A stretch of DNA of 64,000 nucleotides, taken from positions 75,147 through 139,146 of the forward strand of contig JAHITT010000006.1 of assembly GCA_018817715.1 (NCBI GenBank), in the 5' to 3' direction. Positions 8,767 through 18,022 of the stretch are shown here, in pieces; position 1 is the first letter of the stretch; each line of letters opens with the position of its first letter. Source of the DNA: Patescibacteria group bacterium. GTDB taxonomy: Bacteria > Patescibacteriota > Patescibacteriia > Veblenbacterales > UBA10138. The position numbers and the translations under genes were made by a program. Under the pieces are notes generated by a model. That model was given only the letters and a program-made list of their open reading frames with translations. It made no database searches and was not told the origin of the DNA.

Positions 8767-9019
8767 AATGAACATCCCAAAAACAAAACCTTAAAAACTA
8801 TCTTATTTAATTTTTAACTAATATCTATATCTATTTACGGAAAAAAACACGGTGACGGCATTGTCGGCGGCATATACGGCCTAGGGCTAATTGGTGCAGC
8901 AGTTTATTATATCCAGCAGGCTGACAGCTTTGTTGTAGGCCTTTTAGGCGTACTTAAGGCTATTATTTGGCCAGCCATGCTAATTTACAAATTAATGCAC
9001 TTTTTAGGCATGTAATTTT

Positions 9020-9059
9020 ATAGGCTTATTCGTACGAATAAGCCTATGATATCCACAGG
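9020..9059 (-). repeat. 40-bp repeat copy A containing a 28-bp dif-like palindrome (opposite orientation to copies B and C)
   Basis: ATAGGCTTATT-CGTACG-AATAAGCCTAT followed by GATATCCACAGG. It differs from B and C by paired compensatory changes that keep the palindrome perfect. Confidence 0.6.
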
Positions 9060-9070
9060 GTATATAAATT

Positions 9071-9292
9071 ATGTTTTTTCAAAAAAAGTTATCCTTATCT
9101 TATTTAAGCAAAAATTTGTCTGTAGTGGTGGGTTTGGTTTTGGTCTGGCGGGGGATTTGGTACATACTGGACTGGTTGGACTATGAATTATGGGGTGGTT
9201 ACCACGGCTGGACAGCTTTGGGCGGAGTGGTGCTGGGTTTGTTGATTTTATATCTACCCGACAAAGACTTAAAAGAGATCCAAAAACTCTAA
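9071..9292 (+). CDS. small membrane protein
   Basis: 73 aa with two TM segments. Confidence 0.35.
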   Translation: MFFQKKLSLSYLSKNLSVVVGLVLVWRGIWYILDWLDYELWGGYHGWTALGGVVLGLLILYLPDKDLKEIQKL

Positions 9293-9471
9293 TTTAGACA
9301 TCAATTATAGATTTATTAAAAACACCTCCTTAATTATAACTAGGGAGGTGTTGTGTTAGGCAATTAAAAGGCTAAATTAACTATCAGTCAAAAAATTTTA
9401 ACACCCTAAAAAACAATAAATAAACCATAATTCTTTGATAAATTTCACACAATATTGTATTTTTATACTGT

Positions 9472-10722
9472 ATGTCAAAAACAATTTCTGCTATTTTTCT
9501 TTTTTTAGCTTTAAGTTTGTTGCCTAATTTAGCCCAGGCCCAAACTAATCAAAACTGTTCCCAGGTAAAAGCTTATTTTTTCTGGCAAGAGGGTTGCCCT
9601 CATTGTACTAAGGCCAAGCCCTTTTTACTATCTCTACAAAAGCAGTACCCCCAACTAATAGTCGATAGTCACGAAATCAGCAAAAACTTTGATAATTACC
9701 GCCTAATGAAACGCCTAACCGATAATTTGGCTATAGAAGTTAATGGCGTACCTTTTACAGTAATTGGCCAAAATTATTTAATCGGTTGGTATGATGAATC
9801 TTCTAGCGGCGGACAATTAGACTGGTTTGTTAAATCAGCTTTAAATAAACCATGCTTTGATGCCGCTTTAACTTCGGTTAATCAACAACCGACTGATGCT
9901 AAAACTAAAGACCAATTTTTTGAACAAAAAACAGTAAGCAACACCGAGGTCTTGCCAAATGATGATAACAAATCTTTTAATATCAACTTGCCACTACTAG
10001 GTGTAACTAACTTAGCCAAATTTTCTTTACCAGTTTTAACTGTTATTATAGGCGCCTTGGATGGTTTTAATCCCTGCGCTATGTGGGTGTTAGTATTTTT
10101 AATCGGCCTACTACTTAATATGCCTAACCATAAAAGAATGTGGTTATTAGGCAGCACTTTTATTGTTTCTTCAGCTGCGGTTTATTTTATTTTTATGGCC
10201 GCTTGGCTTAATTTATTATTATTTGTCGGTTTTCTATTTTGGGTGCGTTTTATAATCGGCTTAATCGCCTTGGGCGGGGGAGCTTATAACCTAAAAGAAT
10301 ACTTTTCTAACAAAGAAGGTGCTTGCAAAGTAGTTGGTACAGAAAAAAGAAATAAATATTTTACCAGACTAAAAAATATTACCCAGCAAAGTAGTTTATT
10401 GTGGGCCCTAGCGGGCATAATAATTTTAGCCGCTTCAGTTAATTTGGTAGAACTTGTTTGTTCAGCCGGACTACCGGCTGTTTACAGCCAAATATTAGCA
10501 CTTAGTCATTTGGCAACCTGGCAATATTATTTATATTTGCTTCTTTATGTTTTTGTTTTTATGTTGGACGATTTGTTAATTTTTATAATTGCCATGATAA
10601 CTCTCAGATTAACCGGCTTAACTACCAAATATACACGTTGGTCACATTTAATCGGCGGGGTATTAATGCTAATTATCGGCTTATTATTAATCTTCAAACC
10701 AGCCTGGCTGATGTTTGGTTAA
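9472..10722 (+). CDS. thioredoxin-CcdA/DsbD-family fusion (disulfide reductant transporter)
   Basis: Signal peptide and a CPHC thioredoxin-like domain. Multi-TM CcdA-like domain with Cys in ALDGFNPCAMW. Confidence 0.6.
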   Translation: MSKTISAIFLFLALSLLPNLAQAQTNQNCSQVKAYFFWQEGCPHCTKAKPFLLSLQKQYPQLIVDSHEISKNFDNYRLMKRLTDNLAIEVNGVPFTVIGQNYLIGWYDESSSGGQLDWFVKSALNKPCFDAALTSVNQQPTDAKTKDQFFEQKTVSNTEVLPNDDNKSFNINLPLLGVTNLAKFSLPVLTVIIGALDGFNPCAMWVLVFLIGLLLNMPNHKRMWLLGSTFIVSSAAVYFIFMAAWLNLLLFVGFLFWVRFIIGLIALGGGAYNLKEYFSNKEGACKVVGTEKRNKYFTRLKNITQQSSLLWALAGIIILAASVNLVELVCSAGLPAVYSQILALSHLATWQYYLYLLLYVFVFMLDDLLIFIIAMITLRLTGLTTKYTRWSHLIGGVLMLIIGLLLIFKPAWLMFG

Positions 10723-10784
10723 TCTTGTAAAAAATAAATTACCCAGCTTAACCACTCTTTTTTATTTTCTAGATAAAAAAACTT

Positions 10785-11636
10785 ATGACAAAAATTATAG
10801 AATTTTACAATACTTATCTTTTTTCCTGGCTAATAAACCATGGCTTTAAAATAATAATTATTTTATTAGTCGCCTGGCTAATAAATAAATTTAGCCGACA
10901 AATTATAAAACGTTTGGTAACGACCGCTGTTCGTGAAAATAAATATCCCAATAAAAAGGAGGAAAAACAAAGGGAGGAAACTTTAATAGGCCTACTAACT
11001 AGCACCAGTCGAATTGCTGTAATTACTTTAACTGGATTAATGGTTTTATCTGAAGCTGGACTGGCTATTGCGCCTTTACTAGCGGCCGCTGGTATAGCTG
11101 GTCTGTCCTTTGGTTTTGGTGGACAATATTTAATTCGGGACGTTATTACCGGCTTATTCTTAATTTTAGAAAATCAGTACCGGGTGGGGGATGTAATTTG
11201 TTTAGGTGACAAATGTGGCCTAGTGGAAAATATGTCCTTAAGAATTACGGTTATGCGCGATTTAGACGGCACGGTCCACCACGTACCTCACGGCGAAATA
11301 AAAATCGTCTCTAATCTTTCTAAAAGCTATGCTCGAATAAATTTAAATATAGCCGTCTCTTATGAGACCGATCTAGATGTAGCAGAAAAAATAATCAACC
11401 AAGTAGGCCAAGATTTGGCTAAAGATCCAATTTGGCAAGATAAAATAATAACCGCCCCGGCTTTTGTTAGATTGGATGATTTTGCCGATTCGGCCATGAT
11501 TATAAAAGTACTAGGCGACACTAAACCACTGGAACAATGGTCAGTTACCGGCGAATTTAGAAAAAGATTAAAAAAATCCTTTGATCAAGCGGGTATTATT
11601 ATACCCTTCCCCCAAATGGTCATAAGGAAGGGCTAA
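10785..11636 (+). CDS. MscS-family mechanosensitive channel
   Basis: TM3-like GLSFGFGGQ followed by a beta-domain GDVICLGDKCGLVENMSLRITVMRDLDGTVHHVPHGEI. Confidence 0.7.
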   Translation: MTKIIEFYNTYLFSWLINHGFKIIIILLVAWLINKFSRQIIKRLVTTAVRENKYPNKKEEKQREETLIGLLTSTSRIAVITLTGLMVLSEAGLAIAPLLAAAGIAGLSFGFGGQYLIRDVITGLFLILENQYRVGDVICLGDKCGLVENMSLRITVMRDLDGTVHHVPHGEIKIVSNLSKSYARINLNIAVSYETDLDVAEKIINQVGQDLAKDPIWQDKIITAPAFVRLDDFADSAMIIKVLGDTKPLEQWSVTGEFRKRLKKSFDQAGIIIPFPQMVIRKG

Positions 11637-11676
11637 AACTCTTGTCCATAATTATTATTAACTGTATAATTTACCT

Positions 11677-12372
11677 GTGACTAACGGAAATAATTTAAAA
11701 AAAGGAGAGAATATACTCCAAGTAACTAAAGCTGAGCAATATCGCACGGTAGCTGAATTGTTTCAAAAAAGCCAACCGGATTCAGTTTTTTATACCTTGC
11801 TGACTTTGGCTGTTATTATTGTGTCTTCTGGTTTATTAATAAATAACAGCTTTATTGTAATTGGCGGTATGTTAGTAGCCCCAGTCTTAACTCCAGTCAT
11901 GCTGGCGGCTTTAGGCTTGGCTGTCGGACAAACCAAACCAGTTAAAGATGGTGCTTTACTTATTATCAGATCATCTTTGTTAATTGTCGTTGGCGGGCTG
12001 GTTATGTCCTTTGTCTTTGGCTCCAATCAGCATAATTTATTTTTTGAAAACACCATGCGCACGGCTATTCTTTACTTTATTGTGGCCATTGCTTCAGGTG
12101 TAGCCGCTACTTTAGCCTGGACCCGGAAAGAAATAATTGACGCTGTAACTGGTACAGCCATTGCTTTATCTTTGGTGCCACCACTGGTTTTAATAGGTAT
12201 ACGTTTAGGCAATTTAGATTTTGAATTAGCCCGTTATTATTTTTTGGTCTTTCTTTTTAACTTATTAGGCACTTTGGTTGGTAGTTTGGTAACTTTTACC
12301 ATGTTAAAATTCTATAAAAGCGAACAAAAAGTGGTTCAAGAGGTAAAAGAGCATACTAACCAAGCTGAATAA
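11677..12372 (+). CDS. integral membrane protein (DUF389-like)
   Basis: GTG start. Multiple TM helices. Family assignment is tentative. Confidence 0.35.
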   Translation: MTNGNNLKKGENILQVTKAEQYRTVAELFQKSQPDSVFYTLLTLAVIIVSSGLLINNSFIVIGGMLVAPVLTPVMLAALGLAVGQTKPVKDGALLIIRSSLLIVVGGLVMSFVFGSNQHNLFFENTMRTAILYFIVAIASGVAATLAWTRKEIIDAVTGTAIALSLVPPLVLIGIRLGNLDFELARYYFLVFLFNLLGTLVGSLVTFTMLKFYKSEQKVVQEVKEHTNQAE

Positions 12373-12380
12373 ATCTTTAA

Positions 12381-12412
12381 AAAAACCTCCTTGCTTTAAG
12401 GAGGTTTTTTTA
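12381..12412 (+). terminator. intrinsic terminator
   Basis: AAAAAAACCTCCTTGCTTTAAGGAGGTTTTTTT. Confidence 0.6.
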
Positions 12413-12442
12413 ATATATAACCAACTATGATAAACTTTAACT

Positions 12443-13858
12443 ATGCAAGTTACTTTTTATGGTGCCGCTCAAGAAGTCACCGGCTCTAAACATTTACTAT
12501 CTGTCGGTCAATATAAAATCTTATTAGATTGCGGTTCTTTTCAAGGACGCCGCCAAGAAACTTATCTCTTAAACAAAACCTTACCTTTTGATGCCAAACA
12601 GATAAATGCGGTTATTTTATCCCATGGTCATTTGGATCACAGTGGTTTATTGCCTTTACTAATTAAAAAAGGTTTTAAGGGTAAAATTTACGCTACCTCG
12701 GCAACCATTGATATCGTACGTTGGTTATTATTAGATTCAGCCAAAATTCAAGAGCAAGATGCCAAATACATGGGCCGACATAAAATTAAAGGCGCCAAAA
12801 GAGCTCAACCTCTTTACAATAAAACCGACGTAGATAAAACAATGAAACGTTTTATTATTGTGCCTTTTGTTTCGGCTACAGAACAATCTTGGCAAGAAAT
12901 TCTACCCGGCCTAAAAATAAAAATGTATCAAGCCGGACACATTTTAGGTTCAGCCGTTACAGTCATTCAAAGCCAACTAGCGGGCCAAACAACAACTCTA
13001 GCTTATAGCGGCGATTTAGGACGAGCTAATACACCTTTAATCGACGACCCTGAATATATTAAAGAATCAGTGGACGCCTTAATTTTAGAAAGCACCTATG
13101 GTAACCGCCGGCACGATCCTTTTAGTTTAGCTGTGGAAAAAATTAAAGAGGTTATCAACAGCACAGCCGCTAAACAAGGAAAAATAATCATACCGGCTTT
13201 TGCTTTGGGCCGCACCCAAGAAATAATCTACTTAATCCATAAATTAATGGACCAAGGCCAAGTACCTAATTTACCTATTTATGTAGATAGTCCTTTAGCT
13301 ACTCATTTAACTGAGGTTTTTAAAACTCACCGCGAACTTTATGATACTGAAGCTTGGCAGGATTTTTTACAAAGCGGTCGTTATCCTTTAGCTTTTAAAA
13401 ACCTAACCTACGTCAGTAAAGCAGAGGACTCTAAAAAACTTAATACTAAAAAAGGCAGTTTTATAGTAATTGCCGGCTCAGGCATGTGTGAAGCTGGCCG
13501 CGTCTTACATCATTTAATAAACGGCTTAGGGGATAATAATAATACTGTTTTAATAACGGGCTTTCAGGCGGCTAATACTTTAGGACGGCGTCTAGTAGAA
13601 GGCGCCAATAAAGCCAAATTATTTGGCCATGACTATCCGGTACGAGCCCGTATAGAAGTTTTGAACGAACTAAGCGCCCACGCTGACAGTCAAGATTTAG
13701 TTGATTATGCTACCAATACTCCAAACCTTAAAAAAATTTTCTTGGTTCATGGTGAATTTAATCAAGCTCAATCTTTACAAAATAAATTACGTTTAACTAA
13801 ACATAATTGGCAAGTTACTATACCGGCTCGCGGCGATACTTTTAAAATAAACTCTTAA
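12443..13858 (+). CDS. beta-CASP metallo-beta-lactamase-fold RNase (RNase J/CPSF-like)
   Basis: HGHLDHSG MBL motif, N-terminal FYGAAQEVTGSKHLL, and a beta-CASP region. Confidence 0.7.
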   Translation: MQVTFYGAAQEVTGSKHLLSVGQYKILLDCGSFQGRRQETYLLNKTLPFDAKQINAVILSHGHLDHSGLLPLLIKKGFKGKIYATSATIDIVRWLLLDSAKIQEQDAKYMGRHKIKGAKRAQPLYNKTDVDKTMKRFIIVPFVSATEQSWQEILPGLKIKMYQAGHILGSAVTVIQSQLAGQTTTLAYSGDLGRANTPLIDDPEYIKESVDALILESTYGNRRHDPFSLAVEKIKEVINSTAAKQGKIIIPAFALGRTQEIIYLIHKLMDQGQVPNLPIYVDSPLATHLTEVFKTHRELYDTEAWQDFLQSGRYPLAFKNLTYVSKAEDSKKLNTKKGSFIVIAGSGMCEAGRVLHHLINGLGDNNNTVLITGFQAANTLGRRLVEGANKAKLFGHDYPVRARIEVLNELSAHADSQDLVDYATNTPNLKKIFLVHGEFNQAQSLQNKLRLTKHNWQVTIPARGDTFKINS

Positions 13859-13905
13859 CTTCGTACAGTGGGCAGAAAAAATTCGATATGTTATAATAAC
13901 AAAAG

Positions 13906-15162
13906 ATGAAAAAAAATAACTATCGTTTATTTGGTTGGGGATTAACCATAGCTCTACTATTGCAACCATCCATCAGCTTGGCCCAAAACCTCCCTCCAAA
14001 CGAAACAAATGATAATTCACCAGCGCCAGTTTTAACTAACCTAAGCAACAATCAATCATTAATTAAATCATCAACCGCCGTAACCGACGGCTCTTTAATG
14101 TTGTCTAACTTACGAACAGCCCGACAAGAATTGCAAGATAGATTAATTAAAAATAATAAACAACCCACCAAACCAACTTTTGTTACCAGTTATTCAGCAC
14201 CAGTGGAAATTACCTTAGCCTTGTGGCAAGAGGAAAATAATCAATTAATTTATTTATCAGCTTATAAAGCTGGCAATAAAATACAATTAAAAGAAAAATC
14301 CGATTATCAACTGGAAGTTACTTATAATAACGGAGTAAATTCTCAATACCGCGTTACCGGCCAGCCAACAGCTTATGTTTTAGCTGTTATTCATCCAATT
14401 TATCATTCTCAGGGCACAACCCAACGACCGTTTTACCGGTTGGAAAATGTAGTGTATGCGCCCTTTCACGATTATTTACTTAAACCAGCTTTAATAACGG
14501 CTGGCCAAGAATATTTTGCCAATAAAATAGCAGCCGTTTATGAAGAGTTAAGAGTTACTGGCGTTAGGTCTTATGCTTATCCTAAAGAATTACTAGCTGA
14601 TGTTTTAGATCCAGCTTTAGTTAAAGTAATTATTGCTATTGAACATGTTAGTGCCCATCAACTTTTAAATAACAATCATTATGATTATTTAAGCCAATTT
14701 TACGTAACTTTAGCTGGTAATGAACAGGCGGCTTATGCCTATGCTAAAAGTTCAGCTTCGGCCCGTGGTTTAGTCCAATTTATACCAACAACTTATCAAA
14801 GTTTAAGAAAATTGCAACCAGGCTTAACCTTACCAACTGACTTTGTACAGGGGATGACCGATCCTTATAATGCTATTAAAGCAGCCATTGGCTTAATGGA
14901 TTATAATTTAATTTTTATCCCAAGCAACCTTAGAACCAAAGAAAAATTAAAGGAAAAAAATATCGGCGCTCTTTTAGCCGCCATTTATAATGGGGGACCT
15001 AGCCGTTTAAGAAAGGCCTTGGCTGTCTGGGGAGAAAATTGGGACAAACTTCATTCCAAAAACAGTTTAAAATTGGAAACCGTAAACTACGTGGCTAAAT
15101 ATGAACTGGTCTACGACCATTTTGCTAGCGGTGAACAAATGTTCTTAGCCTTAAAACCTTAG
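13906..15162 (+). CDS. secreted protein, possible lytic transglycosylase (SLT-like)
   Basis: Signal peptide. An E...S...ARGLVQFIPTTY segment resembles the SLT catalytic region. Confidence 0.35.
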   Translation: MKKNNYRLFGWGLTIALLLQPSISLAQNLPPNETNDNSPAPVLTNLSNNQSLIKSSTAVTDGSLMLSNLRTARQELQDRLIKNNKQPTKPTFVTSYSAPVEITLALWQEENNQLIYLSAYKAGNKIQLKEKSDYQLEVTYNNGVNSQYRVTGQPTAYVLAVIHPIYHSQGTTQRPFYRLENVVYAPFHDYLLKPALITAGQEYFANKIAAVYEELRVTGVRSYAYPKELLADVLDPALVKVIIAIEHVSAHQLLNNNHYDYLSQFYVTLAGNEQAAYAYAKSSASARGLVQFIPTTYQSLRKLQPGLTLPTDFVQGMTDPYNAIKAAIGLMDYNLIFIPSNLRTKEKLKEKNIGALLAAIYNGGPSRLRKALAVWGENWDKLHSKNSLKLETVNYVAKYELVYDHFASGEQMFLALKP

Positions 15163-15289
15163 TCCTAAACAATTTAAATACTAACCAAGCCTTGCCTTAG
15201 GCTTAAAAAAAGAGTACAATCCTGTCGTACTTTTTTTAATAACCTAATTTGATATTTTAGCTAATCTTAGGCAAATATATTAACCGGCT

Positions 15290-16891
15290 ATGTCCTATAC
15301 ACCCCTAACTCCCCTGAGCAGTGAACTAATACAACGATTAAGCGAATCTACTCCAACTGAAACAAACGATCAGCCAAAAATCCATGTTTCCGAAATTGCC
15401 AGTTTGCCAATTTTTATATATGAAAAAATAAGAAATTTCATTGATTATAAAGATGAATATTTGCTCCGCAAGAACGCTGTTAAAAGATTTTTAAGACGTT
15501 CTTTCTTATTGCCTAATTTTAAGAATTATAAATCAGAACAACTGGCTTTATCTTTAATTCGCGAATTAATCTTATCGCGTTATTTAAAAAATGATTCAGT
15601 ACTACAATCAAAGATAAAAGAGCTTTCGCCAGTTTTAGAAAAATATTATCTTTTATTACAACAAACCGACAATAATCAAGTTAAATATCCTAAATGGCGA
15701 GAAGCTGTCTTAGGATTAGCAGCTGTAGAATGTGATTCTTATTTAGTCTCGCCCCAAAAACGACATGCCTACATAGCCTTTGCTTTTAACCAGATAAAAG
15801 ACTTAATAAAATTACCAGCTGGTGAAGCAGATACTGAAACTATTAATGTTCAAATACTCTTAAACACCCAAAGAATATTAGAAAGAGCTGATCAGGATAT
15901 TTTGGGTTATTATCTGTTAGTACATTATTATCCTAATTGGTTTAACTTAAAAACTACTGAAGCCGCCAACTGGTTGTCACCACAGCTTAACAGTGTTTTA
16001 CACAATCTAAAATTTATAAGTGAACAATCCTTGGGTAAAAGAGTAATGCCAACAGTGCGTAAATTACTAATACCCATAGTCGTTCTGCAACAAATGCTCC
16101 ACGAAACCGACAAACCCTTAAGAGATTTATTGAGTGATCCCACTAAACTCAACGAACAAATTAAAAAAACTTATCACGACTTTTGGAATAAAACAAGAAA
16201 AAAAATACGCAACAAAGGTTTCCATGCTATCTTTTACATATTTATAACTAAAATGGTTCTAGCGCTTTTGGTAGAATTCCCTTATGAAAAAATTTTTTTA
16301 GGACAAGTTCATTATTTATCCCTAGGCATAAATTTACTTTTTCCTCCTTTATTAATGGGGTTAATTACCATTTTAATAAAATCACCAGGTAAACAAAATG
16401 AAACCAGGGTAGCCGAAGCGGTTAGTGAGCTTATCTACGGTCGTGATACCGGTTTTTACAAGATTAAAGAACTTAAACCACTCAAAAATAATTTCTGGGG
16501 TAAATTCTTTTACGCCTTACTTTATTTAATTACTATAATCAGCTCCTTTGGCTTGGTCATAACTTTCTTAATTAACCTAAATTTTAATATATTATCTGGT
16601 GGATTTTTTATATTATTCATAAGCCTTGTTAGTTTTTTTGGTTTATCTTTGCGCCAACAAGCAAGGCAGTTACGTTTGATTAACGAAAAAGATACTATGT
16701 TGGCTTTTGCTTTGGACTTTTTTAGTCTACCAGTGGTAACTTTTGGTAAATGGCTATCCACAACTTTCGATAAATTAAATGTTTTCGTCTTTATTCTTGA
16801 TTTTTTATTTGAACTACCGTTCAAAACTCTGCTAAAATTAATTGAGCAATGGTTCCAATTTTTACGAGAAAAAAGAGATCAAATGTATTAA
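15290..16891 (+). CDS. hypothetical protein with C-terminal multi-TM domain
   Basis: Soluble N-terminal domain of about 300 aa followed by at least 5 TM helices. No recognisable motif. Confidence 0.4.
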   Translation: MSYTPLTPLSSELIQRLSESTPTETNDQPKIHVSEIASLPIFIYEKIRNFIDYKDEYLLRKNAVKRFLRRSFLLPNFKNYKSEQLALSLIRELILSRYLKNDSVLQSKIKELSPVLEKYYLLLQQTDNNQVKYPKWREAVLGLAAVECDSYLVSPQKRHAYIAFAFNQIKDLIKLPAGEADTETINVQILLNTQRILERADQDILGYYLLVHYYPNWFNLKTTEAANWLSPQLNSVLHNLKFISEQSLGKRVMPTVRKLLIPIVVLQQMLHETDKPLRDLLSDPTKLNEQIKKTYHDFWNKTRKKIRNKGFHAIFYIFITKMVLALLVEFPYEKIFLGQVHYLSLGINLLFPPLLMGLITILIKSPGKQNETRVAEAVSELIYGRDTGFYKIKELKPLKNNFWGKFFYALLYLITIISSFGLVITFLINLNFNILSGGFFILFISLVSFFGLSLRQQARQLRLINEKDTMLAFALDFFSLPVVTFGKWLSTTFDKLNVFVFILDFLFELPFKTLLKLIEQWFQFLREKRDQMY

Positions 16892-16898
16892 TTCAAAA

Positions 16899-17558
16899 AT
16901 GAAAAAACTTACTTTATTTTATTTTTTATTTATCGGTTTAATTTTAGCTGGCTGTTCTCTTAAAGGGCCAGACTGGCAAGCTAATAAACAAGACTATCAA
17001 CAAGTCGGACTAACTAATCCCAATAACTATCCAACTAGTAACGCTACTAATATGACTAAACCTCAAACTCCACCTGACCTAAACTATACCTCGGCCACCT
17101 TAGTTACCAATTTAGGGGAGATGACTATTACTTTTTATCCTGAACCTAAGCAAACAGTGGCTAATTTTCTAAAATTAGCGGCGGAGGGGTTTTACGACGG
17201 GGTTAAATTCCATCGTGTTATAAAAGACTTCATGGCCCAAACAGGGGACCCTAATTCTAAAGACGATGATTGGTCTAACGATGGGCGGGGCGGACCAGGT
17301 TATACCTTTGCTGACGAAATAAATGAACACCCTTTAGTACGCGGTTCCGTAGCTATGGCTAATGCTGGGCCCAACACTAACGGCAGTCAATTTTTTATTG
17401 TAACTGCCGAAGCCACGCCCTGGCTAGACGGCAAACACACTAATTTTGGCTATATTAGCGAAGGTTATGCCCTTTTAAATAAGATTGAAGATATACCCAG
17501 AAATGCTGACGATCATCCCTTAACCGATATTACTATAAAGAGCATAAAACTTAAATAA
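16899..17558 (+). CDS. cyclophilin-type peptidyl-prolyl isomerase lipoprotein
   Basis: LAGC lipobox. FHRVIKDFMAQTGDP and GSQFFIVT cyclophilin motifs. Start placed at the internal MKKLT codon. Confidence 0.8.
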   Translation: MKKLTLFYFLFIGLILAGCSLKGPDWQANKQDYQQVGLTNPNNYPTSNATNMTKPQTPPDLNYTSATLVTNLGEMTITFYPEPKQTVANFLKLAAEGFYDGVKFHRVIKDFMAQTGDPNSKDDDWSNDGRGGPGYTFADEINEHPLVRGSVAMANAGPNTNGSQFFIVTAEATPWLDGKHTNFGYISEGYALLNKIEDIPRNADDHPLTDITIKSIKLK

Positions 17559-17578
17559 TATATCTGGAATTCAATAAT

Positions 17579-18019
17579 ATGAACAAAATTTTAAAAAGTA
17601 TTTCTTGTTTATCCTGCTTGGGCACTTTATTCGCTTTAACCGTTACTCTTAGGCAATATATTGCACCAGCTAATGAACCAGGTATATTTTCTTGTGTGGG
17701 TTTAAAGATATTCGGTTTATCTCCTTGCCCTTTTGGTTTAGGTTTTTTTGCTTTGCTACTTTTAAGTAGTTTGCTGGCCTTACGCCAAAAATCTAATTGG
17801 TTCAGTTCTCCTAAAACGATTAGATTTTTTGCTTGGGCAGGCACTTTATTTTCTGGTTGGGTAGCTTGGCGAGAAATTGGCCTACCAATTTTAATCAGGG
17901 GTTTGTCGAATTACTGGCAAACTTTTTCCCTAGCCCAAGTGCCAGCTTGCGTTTGGGGGTTCTTTGTCTTTTTGGCGGTCGCCATTCTTAGTCTTTATTA
18001 TAAAAACGAAAAAAAATAA
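17579..18019 (+). CDS. CXXC-containing membrane protein (possible VKOR/DsbB-like)
   Basis: Four TM segments with CLSC and SPCPFG cysteines. The assignment is speculative. Confidence 0.3.
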   Translation: MNKILKSISCLSCLGTLFALTVTLRQYIAPANEPGIFSCVGLKIFGLSPCPFGLGFFALLLLSSLLALRQKSNWFSSPKTIRFFAWAGTLFSGWVAWREIGLPILIRGLSNYWQTFSLAQVPACVWGFFVFLAVAILSLYYKNEKK

Positions 18020-18022
18020 TTC

